Positions 28,510 to 37,884 of a DNA stretch of 47,631 nt are shown piece by piece. A program made the position numbers and the translations under genes. The stretch spans positions 1 through 47,631 of the forward strand of contig JAOUEV010000025.1 in NCBI GenBank assembly GCA_029858565.1. Reading direction: 5' to 3'. Position 1 is the first letter of the stretch, and every line of letters starts with the position of its first letter. The DNA is from Nitrospirota bacterium (GTDB lineage Bacteria > Nitrospirota > UBA9217). Under the pieces are notes generated by a model. It was not told the DNA's origin and searched no databases. It saw only the letters and a list, made by a program, of their open reading frames with translations.

Positions 28510-29268
28510 TCAACGATGGCCCGGCTTTCTCGCTATGGCATAGACCGACAGCCCGACGGGAAGACGGACATGCCGAAGCAGCATGTTCTCGAACCGCATG
28601 ACCGCAAGCAGAATACGGTTGATCGGGCCGGGAGGCATCCATGCATCAGAAGGTGCTTGCCTGTCGGACCCGCGAAGCGGCAGGCGCTTGCTGATCAGCC
28701 GATAGGCCGCCAGGAGCGGAAAGAGCAACCCCACCCGGTACGTCGCCCTCTCAATGATCAACCCCGCGTCCTTCAGCAGTCCGGCTATCTCCCCCCGGCA
28801 ATAACGCCGACGCGTGAACACTGCCTCGTCATGGCTGCTCCTCAGAAACTCCAGGGCGGGAACCTGCAGGATCACGATCCCCCCGGGCCGGAGTGCTTTC
28901 GCAAAGCGCTCCAGGACCATCTTCTCGTCCGTTACGTGGCGGTGATAGAGCACATCGATCGATGTGATGACATCGTAGCGGCCCTCGCCCAGGTTTGCGG
29001 TCGTGAGATCCTTGACCGTGACCCGCGTCAGCCCCCGCTCCCTGCAGAACGACACGGCCTGGTCGGAACTGTCGATCCCTTCTGATTCTCCATAGGCAGA
29101 CAAGAGCTGAAGCAGCCGGCCGGTCCCACAGCCGGCATCAAGCATGACGAGCGGGCCTTTTGACCGGAATTCCTCATCAACTGCCTCAAGGATCAGCTCG
29201 TGAAGAGACCGGTACCACCAGTGCCGTTCTTCGACCGCGAACATTCTGCCGTATTCTTCCTGGCGCAT
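28510..29268 (-). CDS. Class I SAM-dependent methyltransferase
   Basis: EERHWWY, LDAGCGTG, DVLYH and LRPGG motifs; a type common in surface-glycan loci. Confidence 0.9.
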   Translation of the reverse strand: MRQEEYGRMFAVEERHWWYRSLHELILEAVDEEFRSKGPLVMLDAGCGTGRLLQLLSAYGESEGIDSSDQAVSFCRERGLTRVTVKDLTTANLGEGRYDVITSIDVLYHRHVTDEKMVLERFAKALRPGGIVILQVPALEFLRSSHDEAVFTRRRYCRGEIAGLLKDAGLIIERATYRVGLLFPLLAAYRLISKRLPLRGSDRQAPSDAWMPPGPINRILLAVMRFENMLLRHVRLPVGLSVYAIARKPGHR

Positions 29269-29277
29269 GCCGCCTCC

Positions 29278-30396
29278 TCAGGCTTTCCTGAAGAACGACC
29301 GGATCTCTGTGATCACTTCACCAACCTCGGCTTCGGTCAGGCCGGGAAAGAGCGGCAGGGACAGTATCTCGCCGGCAAGCCGCTCGGTCACCGGCAGGGC
29401 TCCCGGCTCCAGGCCGAGGAACCGGTAGCCGCTCATCAAATGCACCGGCACGGGATAATTGATCTTTGTCTCGATGCCCTTCTCCCGCAGGAAGGACAGG
29501 AGCCGGTCGCGTGAGCCCGTCCGGATGGTGTATGCGTAGAACTGATGGGTGCGGTCGCTGCCGGTGATCGGCAAAACGATATCGCCGACATCGGCCAGCT
29601 CCCTGGTGTAATTTTCCGCGATAGCTCGCCGCCTGGCGACCTGGTCGTCAAGGGTGTCAAGCCTGAGGTCAAGGATCGCGGCCTGCACTTCGTCAAGCCG
29701 CGAGTTGTATCCTTCCTCCAGGGAGTAGTAGGCATCCCGCATGCCGTAGAAGCGGAGCCTCCGCACGCGATCGGCAGACTCCGGGTCGTTCGTGACCACC
29801 ATCCCGCCGTCACCGTAACCACCCAGCACCTTTGTAGGATAGAACGAGAAGGCCGCAAGGTCTCCGAGGCTTCCGACACGTCTTCCCGAGAAGGTAGCGC
29901 CCGCGGCTTGTGCGCAATCCTCAAGAACGTGCAGTTTCTTTGACTGCGCTATAGCGTTGATCGCGGGCATGTCCGCAGGCTGGCCGAACAGATGTACCGG
30001 CACGATCGCCCGGGTTCTCGGCGTGATCGCCGCTTCGATCAGCCGGACATCCAGCAGGAACGTGTCTTCCTCCACGTCCACGAAGACCGGCATCGCGCCG
30101 GCGGCCCGGATCGCCGCGACAGTCGGCACAGCCGTGTTGGCGACGGTGATCACCTCGTCGCCCAAACCGATCCCGAGCGCCTTCATCGCAAGAAACAGAG
30201 CATCGGTTCCGGAATTGACGCCGATGCCGTGCCGCGCCCCGCAGTAGCCGGCAAAGCGTCGCTCGAACCGCTCTCCCTCCGGCCCCAGGATCAGACGGCC
30301 CGAGGAGAACACCCGGTCCACGCGCTCCAGGATGCGGGTCCGGTCAGATGCATAGTCGTCGAGGTACCGCCATAGGGGGATCCGGATCGGTTGCAT
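29278..30396 (-). CDS. DegT/DnrJ/EryC1/StrS sugar aminotransferase (DnrJ/EvaB-like)
   Basis: NSGTDAL, EDCAQA, SFYPTKVLGGYGDGG, RRLRFYGM and NSRLDEVQAAIL motifs. Confidence 0.92.
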   Translation of the reverse strand: MQPIRIPLWRYLDDYASDRTRILERVDRVFSSGRLILGPEGERFERRFAGYCGARHGIGVNSGTDALFLAMKALGIGLGDEVITVANTAVPTVAAIRAAGAMPVFVDVEEDTFLLDVRLIEAAITPRTRAIVPVHLFGQPADMPAINAIAQSKKLHVLEDCAQAAGATFSGRRVGSLGDLAAFSFYPTKVLGGYGDGGMVVTNDPESADRVRRLRFYGMRDAYYSLEEGYNSRLDEVQAAILDLRLDTLDDQVARRRAIAENYTRELADVGDIVLPITGSDRTHQFYAYTIRTGSRDRLLSFLREKGIETKINYPVPVHLMSGYRFLGLEPGALPVTERLAGEILSLPLFPGLTEAEVGEVITEIRSFFRKA

Positions 30397-30397
30397 G

Positions 30398-31384
30398 TCA
30401 CTCCTCCAGCACTATGCTGCGGCATCCCGACCACAGCAGTTCAGCATCCGCAGCAAGTCGGCGGGCCGCTTCGTGGGCCCTGCTGAAATCCTGTTGTCCC
30501 AGGATCAGACCGGCCGCATGTTCGATCGTCAATTGAAAATGGTCGGCCCGCGGCGTTTCAATGCGGTTCACCTGCGATCCGGTCGTGACCTCAATGATGC
30601 CTGCGTGGTCCGCCGGTGTCGTATATGCCCGCTCCAGCCTGATCTTGCCCTTGTCACCGATGAGCTCGTACCAGCATTCATACTGCTGCTCGAAGCCGAT
30701 CGAGCAGAAGAAGCTTTCACCTTCCGTGGACATGCCGCTGGCCTGGAGGGACACGTTCACTCCTCTGCGGTACGACCGGTACCCGGTAACGTCACGCAAT
30801 GCACCGGCGAGATGGTAGCGGGCAGCGCTGAGCGGATAGCGCGCCTGGTCGTTGAACGCGCCTCCGCCCGGGCCGGAGCTGAGACGGAAGTCCCCTGGCG
30901 CGGCCAGCAGAAACCCGAAGGACGACCGGAAAGAACGAAGCCGGCCGATGTCCCCGCGCGCAACGATCTCCCGGATCATCCGGTGCTGGGGATGATGCAC
31001 ATACATGATATTCTCGAACAGCAGCAGTCCCTGCGACTCTGCGAATGCCGTCATCCTCTTGACGCTGTCAAGCGTCAGTCCGAGCGGTTTCTCGCAGATC
31101 ACGTGCTTTCCCGCAGCGAGCGCTTTCAGCGCCCATTCCTCGTGCAGGTGGTTCGGTACCGAGATATAGACGGCATTCACGAGCTCATGCCGGAGCAGGT
31201 CATCATAGCTTACGGCATCGTAATCGGTTCCGGGAAAGAACTGACGGGCCTTCTCAACGGTCCTGCTGGCGCAAGCCACAAGCTTCGCGTTCGCGGCCCT
31301 GAGCAGGCCCGGCAGGAACCTTCTCCGGGCAATATCCGAACATCCAAGGATGCCGATCCCGAGTGTGCGGTCGATCATCTTCAT
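30398..31384 (-). CDS. Gfo/Idh/MocA oxidoreductase, NDP-hexose 3-ketoreductase-like (SpnN/KijD10 type)
   Basis: GILGCSDIARRRFLP, HVICEKPL, ENIMYVHHPQH, GGGAFNDQARYP and RAYTTP motifs. Confidence 0.85.
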   Translation of the reverse strand: MKMIDRTLGIGILGCSDIARRRFLPGLLRAANAKLVACASRTVEKARQFFPGTDYDAVSYDDLLRHELVNAVYISVPNHLHEEWALKALAAGKHVICEKPLGLTLDSVKRMTAFAESQGLLLFENIMYVHHPQHRMIREIVARGDIGRLRSFRSSFGFLLAAPGDFRLSSGPGGGAFNDQARYPLSAARYHLAGALRDVTGYRSYRRGVNVSLQASGMSTEGESFFCSIGFEQQYECWYELIGDKGKIRLERAYTTPADHAGIIEVTTGSQVNRIETPRADHFQLTIEHAAGLILGQQDFSRAHEAARRLAADAELLWSGCRSIVLEE

Positions 31385-31426
31385 AGGGTTTATGTTCGCG
31401 GCTCCGGGTCTGTCCCTGCCCCTGCT

Positions 31427-32983
31427 CTACAAGAGTGTGCCCAGTATGCTGCGGGCACAGGAGTTGACCTGCTCACCGAACAACAGGAACCAGCGGACCT
31501 CCTCCAGGGACATCCAGCGGAACTCAGGAGGGACATCCAGCTCCGCGCCTTCCGGCAGCAGCAGGATGCGGTGCAGATGCTCTTCGCGAAAGAACCGCGC
31601 ACCCTCCTCGGATTGACGGCTCTCCTGAAGCACCGGGAACCTTACCGGACGCATGAACTCCTCGAAGAGAAAGGGTTTCCGAAGCCTTCCGTCATCAGAG
31701 TAGTTCTCCTGGGTGAACTGCACCGTCGGTCCGATCTGGACGATGTTCCTGTTCCCGACCTCAGCTTTTGCCTGCATGAGCAGGCTGGTCCGCTCGCCGT
31801 CCTGGCGCAACAGCAGCCCGATGATCCCTGTCCCGACATTGTCCAGGATCGGCTGGCTCCAGGTCGCTACCTCGCGGGACTGAGATGTCACCTTGATACC
31901 GATGATCTTGAAGAACTTTCCCTGCTTGTGGGAATATGATCCAGACCGGTCCATTTCCCAGTCTGAAAGCCTGTCGAGCCCGATCCGCTTCTGAAAGATG
32001 TGGTTTCGCGCTTTCATGTCATCGAGCCACTGAATGATCTGGTCCAGACCGGCAAGGTCGCGCTCACCCTTCTCCCGCTCCCCGGTCCTAACGGACGACT
32101 GCGGGTCGCAAGAACACCTGCCGGGCTCAGATAACAGTGTGTTGTCCGATCCGGCGTTGATCACGCGCAGGTGCGCCCTTGTCCGCAGTGAGCCGAACAG
32201 GCTGGAGAGAACGCTTCGGGCGCAGGCGTTGACCAGATTGTCCTTTTGCACCAGCCGTGCTATCTGGCGAAGGGTAAGCCAGATAAAACCATCCGGAAGG
32301 TCGTTGGTTTCCTGGTCCTGAGCAAGCACGATCATATTCCTGTTGGACTTGAACAGGAACCTTCCGCCATCCTCTGTCTGAAGTTTGGCATAGAGCCGCC
32401 GGGACCGCTCGGGTTCCATGAACTGCGCAAGGAACGGCGGCAGGGATCCGCCGTGCACGCGCGTGTAATTGCTGTAGGTCGCCTGGACCGTGGGTGACAG
32501 CTGCACGAAGTGCAGGTTGCCAGGCTCCTCTTTGGCCTGAAGACAGAAGTGCAATACCCCGTTGATCCTTTTTGCGAGGATCCCCAGTATGCCGATCTCC
32601 GGCTGATCAATTATCGGCTGGTCCCATTCCAGTTCACCGTACTCTGTCCGGTGCCTCACCGCCAGTCCGGTGATCGAGAAGAATCGCCCGCTGCGATGGG
32701 CTATATTGCCGGACGATGGATCGCGTGCCCACTGGTCGAGCTGGTCGAGCGGGACAACATCAGTACGCAGCCGTGCCTGGAGGCGCTGCTCGCAGATCCA
32801 CCGGTCCACATGATCATCGTCATGGAGACTGTCGCGCGTCAGCCGGGACACGACGACATCGACAATGGTGTTTTGTCCGAAGCCGAGTGCCGCGACCATG
32901 CTCAATTCAGGTTCCTGCTGCAGCCGCGATGCGATGAGCTCGCGGATCTCCGAGGTGACCGGTATGAACTCCTTCTTCGACAT
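31427..32983 (-). CDS. NDP-hexose 2,3-dehydratase (EvaA/SpnO/TylX3 family)
   Basis: Duplicated Nudix-like halves: HRSGRFFSI, WDQPIIDQPEIGILG, QAKEEPGN, QLSPTVQAT.SNY, QTEDGGRF; second half WSQPIL, GPTVQ, QSEEGARFF. Confidence 0.93.
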   Translation of the reverse strand: MSKKEFIPVTSEIRELIASRLQQEPELSMVAALGFGQNTIVDVVVSRLTRDSLHDDDHVDRWICEQRLQARLRTDVVPLDQLDQWARDPSSGNIAHRSGRFFSITGLAVRHRTEYGELEWDQPIIDQPEIGILGILAKRINGVLHFCLQAKEEPGNLHFVQLSPTVQATYSNYTRVHGGSLPPFLAQFMEPERSRRLYAKLQTEDGGRFLFKSNRNMIVLAQDQETNDLPDGFIWLTLRQIARLVQKDNLVNACARSVLSSLFGSLRTRAHLRVINAGSDNTLLSEPGRCSCDPQSSVRTGEREKGERDLAGLDQIIQWLDDMKARNHIFQKRIGLDRLSDWEMDRSGSYSHKQGKFFKIIGIKVTSQSREVATWSQPILDNVGTGIIGLLLRQDGERTSLLMQAKAEVGNRNIVQIGPTVQFTQENYSDDGRLRKPFLFEEFMRPVRFPVLQESRQSEEGARFFREEHLHRILLLPEGAELDVPPEFRWMSLEEVRWFLLFGEQVNSCARSILGTLL

Positions 32984-32984
32984 T

Positions 32985-33959
32985 TCAGGCCTGGTAATCC
33001 TTCAGGTATTTGATCTGGTCCCGCTTGTCCTCACCCGCGAGCTGCTTGTCCCGTATAACGAACTGCGGGTCCTTGTTCAGCGAGAGATATATCCTGCCGA
33101 CGTATTCACCCAGCAGGCTTATCGCGAGCAGGACCATGCCGCGAAATACCATGTTCGCGAACATCAAAGACTCGTAATCCGTGAGAAGCCGCTTCGTGCT
33201 CAGATCATCGAATACTTTATACAATCCGTAGAAAAGCCCGATGACCGAGATAGCAGCGCCCACGAACCCGATGATTCGGAGCGGAACGAGCGAAAAGCTG
33301 ACGATCATATTCCCCCAGAGCGCCACCAGCTTCGCAAGAGTGTACCCGGATTCGCTGTAGGTCCTCTTCCTGTGCAGAAGCTGAACTTTGCCGATATTGT
33401 CGGTCGAGCGAAGGATAATGGCGTCAAGATAAGGGTCGGGGCCGATGTATTTGATTATCTCCTTCATAAGGAAACGATTGACAATCTTAAAGCTCGAAAG
33501 GTACAGGTCCCCTGGTTTCTTCAGAATGACGTTTGCCATCTTGTTGTGCACTTTACTGCCAAAATTCCTGAACCAGCTATCCTTCTTTGACGCGTAATAC
33601 GCATAGACCACGTCGTACCCTTTTTTAATCTCCTCCACCAGCTTGCCGACCTCTTCCGGAGGATTCTGAAAGTCGTCATCCATGATTACACAATAATCGC
33701 CGTTTACGTGGTTCAGACCGGCGAGCACGGCATTGTGTTCGCCGAAGTTCTTCGAAAGTTTTATATAGGATATCTGATCGGGATAGTCCGCGTGGAGCTT
33801 CTTGCAGATGAGATCTGAACCATCTCGGCTGCCGTCGTTCACCAGCACGATATCAAGCTTGTAATGTTTTGTGTACAGATCAATCAACACGGAGCAGAGA
33901 TGCCCAATCGTCTGTTCGCCGTTATAAACGGGAATAACAATGGAAAGTGTGATGGACAT
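32985..33959 (-). CDS. GT2 polyprenyl-phosphate glycosyltransferase (ArnC/GtrB-like)
   Basis: SIVIPVYN, VNDGSRD, LSKNFGEHNA, MDDDFQNPP, two C-terminal TMs and GEYVGRIY; AGGAGG RBS. Confidence 0.92.
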   Translation of the reverse strand: MSITLSIVIPVYNGEQTIGHLCSVLIDLYTKHYKLDIVLVNDGSRDGSDLICKKLHADYPDQISYIKLSKNFGEHNAVLAGLNHVNGDYCVIMDDDFQNPPEEVGKLVEEIKKGYDVVYAYYASKKDSWFRNFGSKVHNKMANVILKKPGDLYLSSFKIVNRFLMKEIIKYIGPDPYLDAIILRSTDNIGKVQLLHRKRTYSESGYTLAKLVALWGNMIVSFSLVPLRIIGFVGAAISVIGLFYGLYKVFDDLSTKRLLTDYESLMFANMVFRGMVLLAISLLGEYVGRIYLSLNKDPQFVIRDKQLAGEDKRDQIKYLKDYQA

Positions 33960-34094
33960 GGAGAGACCCCTCCTCGGCGCGCGGGAACGCGCAATCTGTC
34001 CACGGAGGCACGAAAGCCCCGCGGCGTTCCGTCGCAAAGAAGCGCGAAAGAAAATCTGTTCGTAATGCGATTTCAGGCGGAACGGAGTGCGAAG

Positions 34095-34556
34095 TTATAC
34101 GAAACGGAGCGGAGGAGAAAGGCCGATATGAAGATAGTGAGAACTGTTGGAAAGCCGATGGCGCAGGTCCTGAACGACCATGTATTCCCTGACAGCAGGA
34201 ACGAACTCTTCGTCGTTTTCCAGGAGAACTGGTGATGTCTGTTCAGGTGCTGGCAGCTCCTGGGTATGCCGCAGAACCGCCCGTTTTTTCTTGATAAGGA
34301 AAAAATCCGGGTCCTTCTCGTTCGGAGCCACTTCCAATGGTGCGGTCGTTGCGCCTACGCGATCGTCACTGATGACCGAGGAAAGAACGATGTTCACCCA
34401 CACAATACCGATCGAGATGTCCTTGCCCTCGTCGTCGAAGGACAACGGCTCCAGACTCCTGATCGCCGATGTGGACAGATAGATCGGCGAAAACGCGTAG
34501 ATGCTGTACAGCACCAGGACCGCCGTACGTATCATATGTTTTGCCGTCCAATTCAT
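34095..34556 (-). CDS. Hypothetical protein upstream of the sugar operon
   Basis: 153-aa ORF with an N-terminal hydrophobic segment and C-terminal GLSPP. Confidence 0.5.
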   Translation of the reverse strand: MNWTAKHMIRTAVLVLYSIYAFSPIYLSTSAIRSLEPLSFDDEGKDISIGIVWVNIVLSSVISDDRVGATTAPLEVAPNEKDPDFFLIKKKRAVLRHTQELPAPEQTSPVLLENDEEFVPAVREYMVVQDLRHRLSNSSHYLHIGLSPPLRFV

Positions 34557-34686
34557 TATGTCATATTTTACACCTGCTCGAAGTTGTCAGCAACAGATTT
34601 AATTGCTAGACCCGGCAGGTTCTGCTTTTACCAAGAACGACTCATTCTTGAGCTTTTCCCCGCTATCGTGTATCATCACTTCATCC

Positions 34687-35622
34687 ATGTTCCTCTATTT
34701 CTTAAAACGCCTCCTGCTGTTCGTCCCCACGCTCCTGGGCATCACGATCATCACGTTCCTGCTGATGCAGGCCCTGCCCGGCGATCCTGTCCAGACCCTT
34801 GCGGGCGAACGTGCGGACCCCGGTACGATCGAACGGATCCGCGCCGAACTTGGCACCGACCGTCCGCTGCCGGTCCAGTACATCGGCTACCTCAAGCTCC
34901 TGCTGCAAGGGGAACTCGGACGTTCCTACTACACGAACCGGCGCGTGACCGATGAACTGGCGCAAAAATTCCCGAATACGGTGAAGCTGGCGCTGGCCGC
35001 GGTCCTGTTCGCCTCCGTCGGCGGAGTCGCCCTCGGGATACTGGCTGCGGTCCGGCGCGACACCCTGTGGGACCGCCTGGCATCGTTCCTTTCCGTGGGA
35101 GGCATTTCCCTGCCGGTCTTCTGGCTTGGGCTCACGCTCATGCTCATCTTCGCCCTCCATCTTCGCTGGCTCCCTCCCTCAGGCATGGGGAACGGTCATC
35201 CTGCGTATCTTATTCTTCCCGCGGTCACGCTGGGGACATTTTCGCTTGCCTATATTTCCCGGGTCACCAGATCGTCAATGATCGAAACGCTCTCGCAGCC
35301 ATACATCGCTGCCGCGCGGGCAAAGGGGCTGAGCGGCCGCGTTGTGGTGCTCAAACACGCCCTGAAGAACGCGCTTGTGCCGGTCGTCACGCTCATCGGC
35401 CTTGACCTTGGATCTTATCTTAACGGTGCTGTGCTGACCGAAACGATCTTCGGATGGGACGGCCTGGGTCGCTATGCGCTCGATGGCATCATGAAACGCG
35501 ATTATCCCGTGATCATGGGAGTGGTGCTGTTCGGAGCTGCTCTATTCGTGATCATGAACCTTCTCGTTGACCTTACTTATCACTTGCTGGATCCCCGGAT
35601 GCGCGTGCAAAGCGGATCATAA
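34687..35622 (+). CDS. Peptide/nickel ABC transporter permease (DppB/OppB type)
   Basis: LPGDP, GELGRSY, ARAKGL...KHALKNA, ETIFGWDGLG and RDYPV motifs. Confidence 0.93.
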   Translation: MFLYFLKRLLLFVPTLLGITIITFLLMQALPGDPVQTLAGERADPGTIERIRAELGTDRPLPVQYIGYLKLLLQGELGRSYYTNRRVTDELAQKFPNTVKLALAAVLFASVGGVALGILAAVRRDTLWDRLASFLSVGGISLPVFWLGLTLMLIFALHLRWLPPSGMGNGHPAYLILPAVTLGTFSLAYISRVTRSSMIETLSQPYIAAARAKGLSGRVVVLKHALKNALVPVVTLIGLDLGSYLNGAVLTETIFGWDGLGRYALDGIMKRDYPVIMGVVLFGAALFVIMNLLVDLTYHLLDPRMRVQSGS

Positions 35623-35623
35623 T

Positions 35624-36472
35624 ATGCCTGAATATCGAACAGCCAGCGGTCATTTCGCGCCTCTGTCCGCGGTCATCGCTGCGGCGATACTTGCTGTCCT
35701 TCTGATCACGGCCCTCGCGGCCCCGCTCATTACCCGGCACGTGATCAAGCAGGACCCCTATGCCATGGATCTCGATGCGCTTCGTCAGCCGCCGGGAAAG
35801 GACCATCTGCTCGGAACCGACAGCAAGGGCCGCGACCTGCTCGCACGCATCGTTCACGGTTCGCGCATTTCCCTGTTCGTCGGTTTCAGTGCGGCAATTC
35901 TTTCCCTCGTGATCGGGGTCCTGTTCGGACTGACCGCGGGATACTTCGGCGGCATGGTCGATCTTGTGTTGTCCAGGATCTTCGACATCTTCCTTGCCTT
36001 TCCCAGCCTGCTGCTCGCCATCGGTATCAGCGCGGTCATCCCACCCGGGCTGGGTTCTGCCATGCTCGCTATCACGCTGGTGAGCTGGGCCGGCTTTGCA
36101 CGGCTCATACGCGGCATGACGCTTTCCCTTAAAGAGCTGACTTTTGTGGAGGCGTCGCAGGCCCTTGGCGCTTCAACCGGACGGACGATCTTCCGTCACA
36201 TCCTGCCAAATGCTGCACCGCTCCTACTGGTCGCCGCAGGCCTCCGGGTCGGCGGTTTTATCCTTATTGAGTCGTCACTCTCTTTCCTTGGTCTCGGCGT
36301 CCAGCCGCCGACTCCGACATGGGGTTCCATGATCAGCCTGAACCGGGCTTACATCAACGCTGCTCCCTGGATGGTCATTTTCCCGGGTCTTGCCATCAGC
36401 ATGACGGTCATTGCCTGCAATATCCTGGGAGATCATCTGCGGGACCGCCTTGATCCTCGCTTTCCTGATTAG
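35624..36472 (+). CDS. Peptide/nickel ABC transporter permease (DppC/OppC type)
   Basis: HLLGTD..GRD, GSRISL, FVEASQALGAS, RHILPN and LSFLGLG..PP..WG motifs. Confidence 0.93.
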   Translation: MPEYRTASGHFAPLSAVIAAAILAVLLITALAAPLITRHVIKQDPYAMDLDALRQPPGKDHLLGTDSKGRDLLARIVHGSRISLFVGFSAAILSLVIGVLFGLTAGYFGGMVDLVLSRIFDIFLAFPSLLLAIGISAVIPPGLGSAMLAITLVSWAGFARLIRGMTLSLKELTFVEASQALGASTGRTIFRHILPNAAPLLLVAAGLRVGGFILIESSLSFLGLGVQPPTPTWGSMISLNRAYINAAPWMVIFPGLAISMTVIACNILGDHLRDRLDPRFPD

Positions 36473-36651
36473 CGCTGTAGGTTTCTTATGAGCAGCGATG
36501 AATATTGTTCCGCTAAAATTGCACAGTGGTCATGACAAGATCAGCGGGATATACCTACAAGTCTTCTTCCTGCTTCATGTTATCGCAATGATCTTGGTGA
36601 CAGTTACTTAAATATCTGATCCCGGACGGCATATTTTCAAGGCTGCTTCCA

Positions 36652-37461
36652 GTGACAGAAACGGCAGGATACACTATGCAGGTTTCCCCAAAAAAATCCC
36701 TGGGCCAGAACTTCCTGACCGATCCAAATTACGTGCATAAGATCGTTGATGCTGCTGAGGTCGGCCCGCAGGACCGGATCCTGGAGATCGGTCCCGGTCT
36801 CGGCCATTTGACCCGGGAGCTTGCACGGCGCGCAGGCACGGTGCTCGCCATAGAGCTTGATAACAGAGTGATACCTCACTTGCGCGAAGAGTTTGCCGCT
36901 GCCACAAATGTCGAGATTCTCGAAGCAGATGCTCTGCTTTTCCCCTACGATGGACTGCAGGGAACATGGAAGGTCGTGGCCAACCTGCCTTACTATATTT
37001 CGACCCCGCTTGTGCAGAAACTTCTGTCCATGAAGCAGCTGTTCACCTCCCTTACGATCATGGTGCAGAAGGAAGTGGCAGAACGGATCGTGGCATCTCC
37101 GGGAGGCAAGGACTATGGCGTCCTTTCGATCCAGGTGCAGTACACTGCTAAGCCCCGCATTGCATTCGTTGTACCGTCCGGAGCTTTTACTCCACGTCCT
37201 AAGGTCGACTCCGCGGTCATGGTCCTCACGCCAAGACCTGCTCCCGCTGTAGCTGTTGTGAACGAGGAGTTTTTTTTCCGCCTGGTGAAAGCTGCGTTCT
37301 CGCAACGACGCAAGACCTTGAGAAACTCCCTGGCCCAGCTGGGCTTGGATAGTGCAGCCCTCAAGAACGCCGAACAGCGGTCAGGAATCGATCTCAGTCG
37401 CCGTGCGGAGACATTGACGATCGAGGAATTCGGTATTCTGGCAGGACTTCTGTATCATTAA
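36652..37461 (+). CDS. rsmA: 16S rRNA m6(2)A dimethyltransferase
   Basis: KKSLGQNFL, LEIGPGLG, VANLPYYIS, MVQKEVA, PKVDSA and FSQRRKTL motifs. Confidence 0.97.
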   Translation: MTETAGYTMQVSPKKSLGQNFLTDPNYVHKIVDAAEVGPQDRILEIGPGLGHLTRELARRAGTVLAIELDNRVIPHLREEFAAATNVEILEADALLFPYDGLQGTWKVVANLPYYISTPLVQKLLSMKQLFTSLTIMVQKEVAERIVASPGGKDYGVLSIQVQYTAKPRIAFVVPSGAFTPRPKVDSAVMVLTPRPAPAVAVVNEEFFFRLVKAAFSQRRKTLRNSLAQLGLDSAALKNAEQRSGIDLSRRAETLTIEEFGILAGLLYH

Positions 37462-37568
37462 ACTATCAACAACAAGTTGCATCAGAAATCTTTGGCCAAT
37501 ATTACTGTTACCTGCGCAATAAAATCGCATCGCATTGAAAAATAACAAATATAAACTACACAAAAAAC

Positions 37569-37597
37569 TTGACACCTCCAAAATAATGTGTTATCTT
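37569..37597 (+). promoter_or_regulatory. Strong sigma70 promoter with no coding gene before the next terminator
   Basis: TTGACA-17 nt-TATCTT with extended TG and an A-tract-rich UP-like region. Confidence 0.7.
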
Positions 37598-37603
37598 TTT
37601 CTC

Positions 37604-37732
37604 AACAATTCGCAGCCCTTTCGACCAACAGTCCACCCTGATCTTTGCGACGGATCAGTATGTACCGGACTGCTGGTTATCCCTCCGAAAGCCCCGGCAG
37701 ATGTTTCTCGTTTGCCGGGGCCCTACTTTTTT
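37604..37732 (+). ncRNA. Candidate ~130-nt structured small RNA (family not recognised)
   Basis: Nested stems CTTTCG/CGAAAG, ACCAACAGTCC/GGACTGCTGGT and CTGATC/GATCAG, then a 13-bp terminator-like hairpin and T6. Confidence 0.55.
37691..37732 (+). terminator. Intrinsic terminator-like hairpin
   Basis: GCCCCGGCAGATG-tttct-CGTTTGCCGGGGC, then cctac and TTTTTT. Confidence 0.65.
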
Positions 37733-37808
37733 CTGCAGCGGTGATTTACGATTCAAAACGATTCCTCGCATGCTGCGTGCTGTCATTCCCGAGCAAACCA
37801 ACTTTGCC

Positions 37809-37836
37809 TTGACATTTATCGGTCCTGTCATATAAT
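37809..37836 (+). promoter_or_regulatory. Consensus sigma70 promoter for gmhA
   Basis: TTGACA-16 nt-TATAAT. Confidence 0.8.
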
Positions 37837-37884
37837 CCTACCATTGCATCTGAAGTTGATTATTCCGGTCCATGCGGAGCACGA

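Noticed and set aside
30395-31939. 514-aa plus-strand ORF
   Set aside because: Antisense to the ketoreductase and dehydratase genes; no recognisable domain.
22555-33959. Antibiotic biosynthetic gene cluster
   Set aside because: No PKS, NRPS, GT1 or resistance gene in the window. The transferases are envelope-type and the flanks are housekeeping genes.
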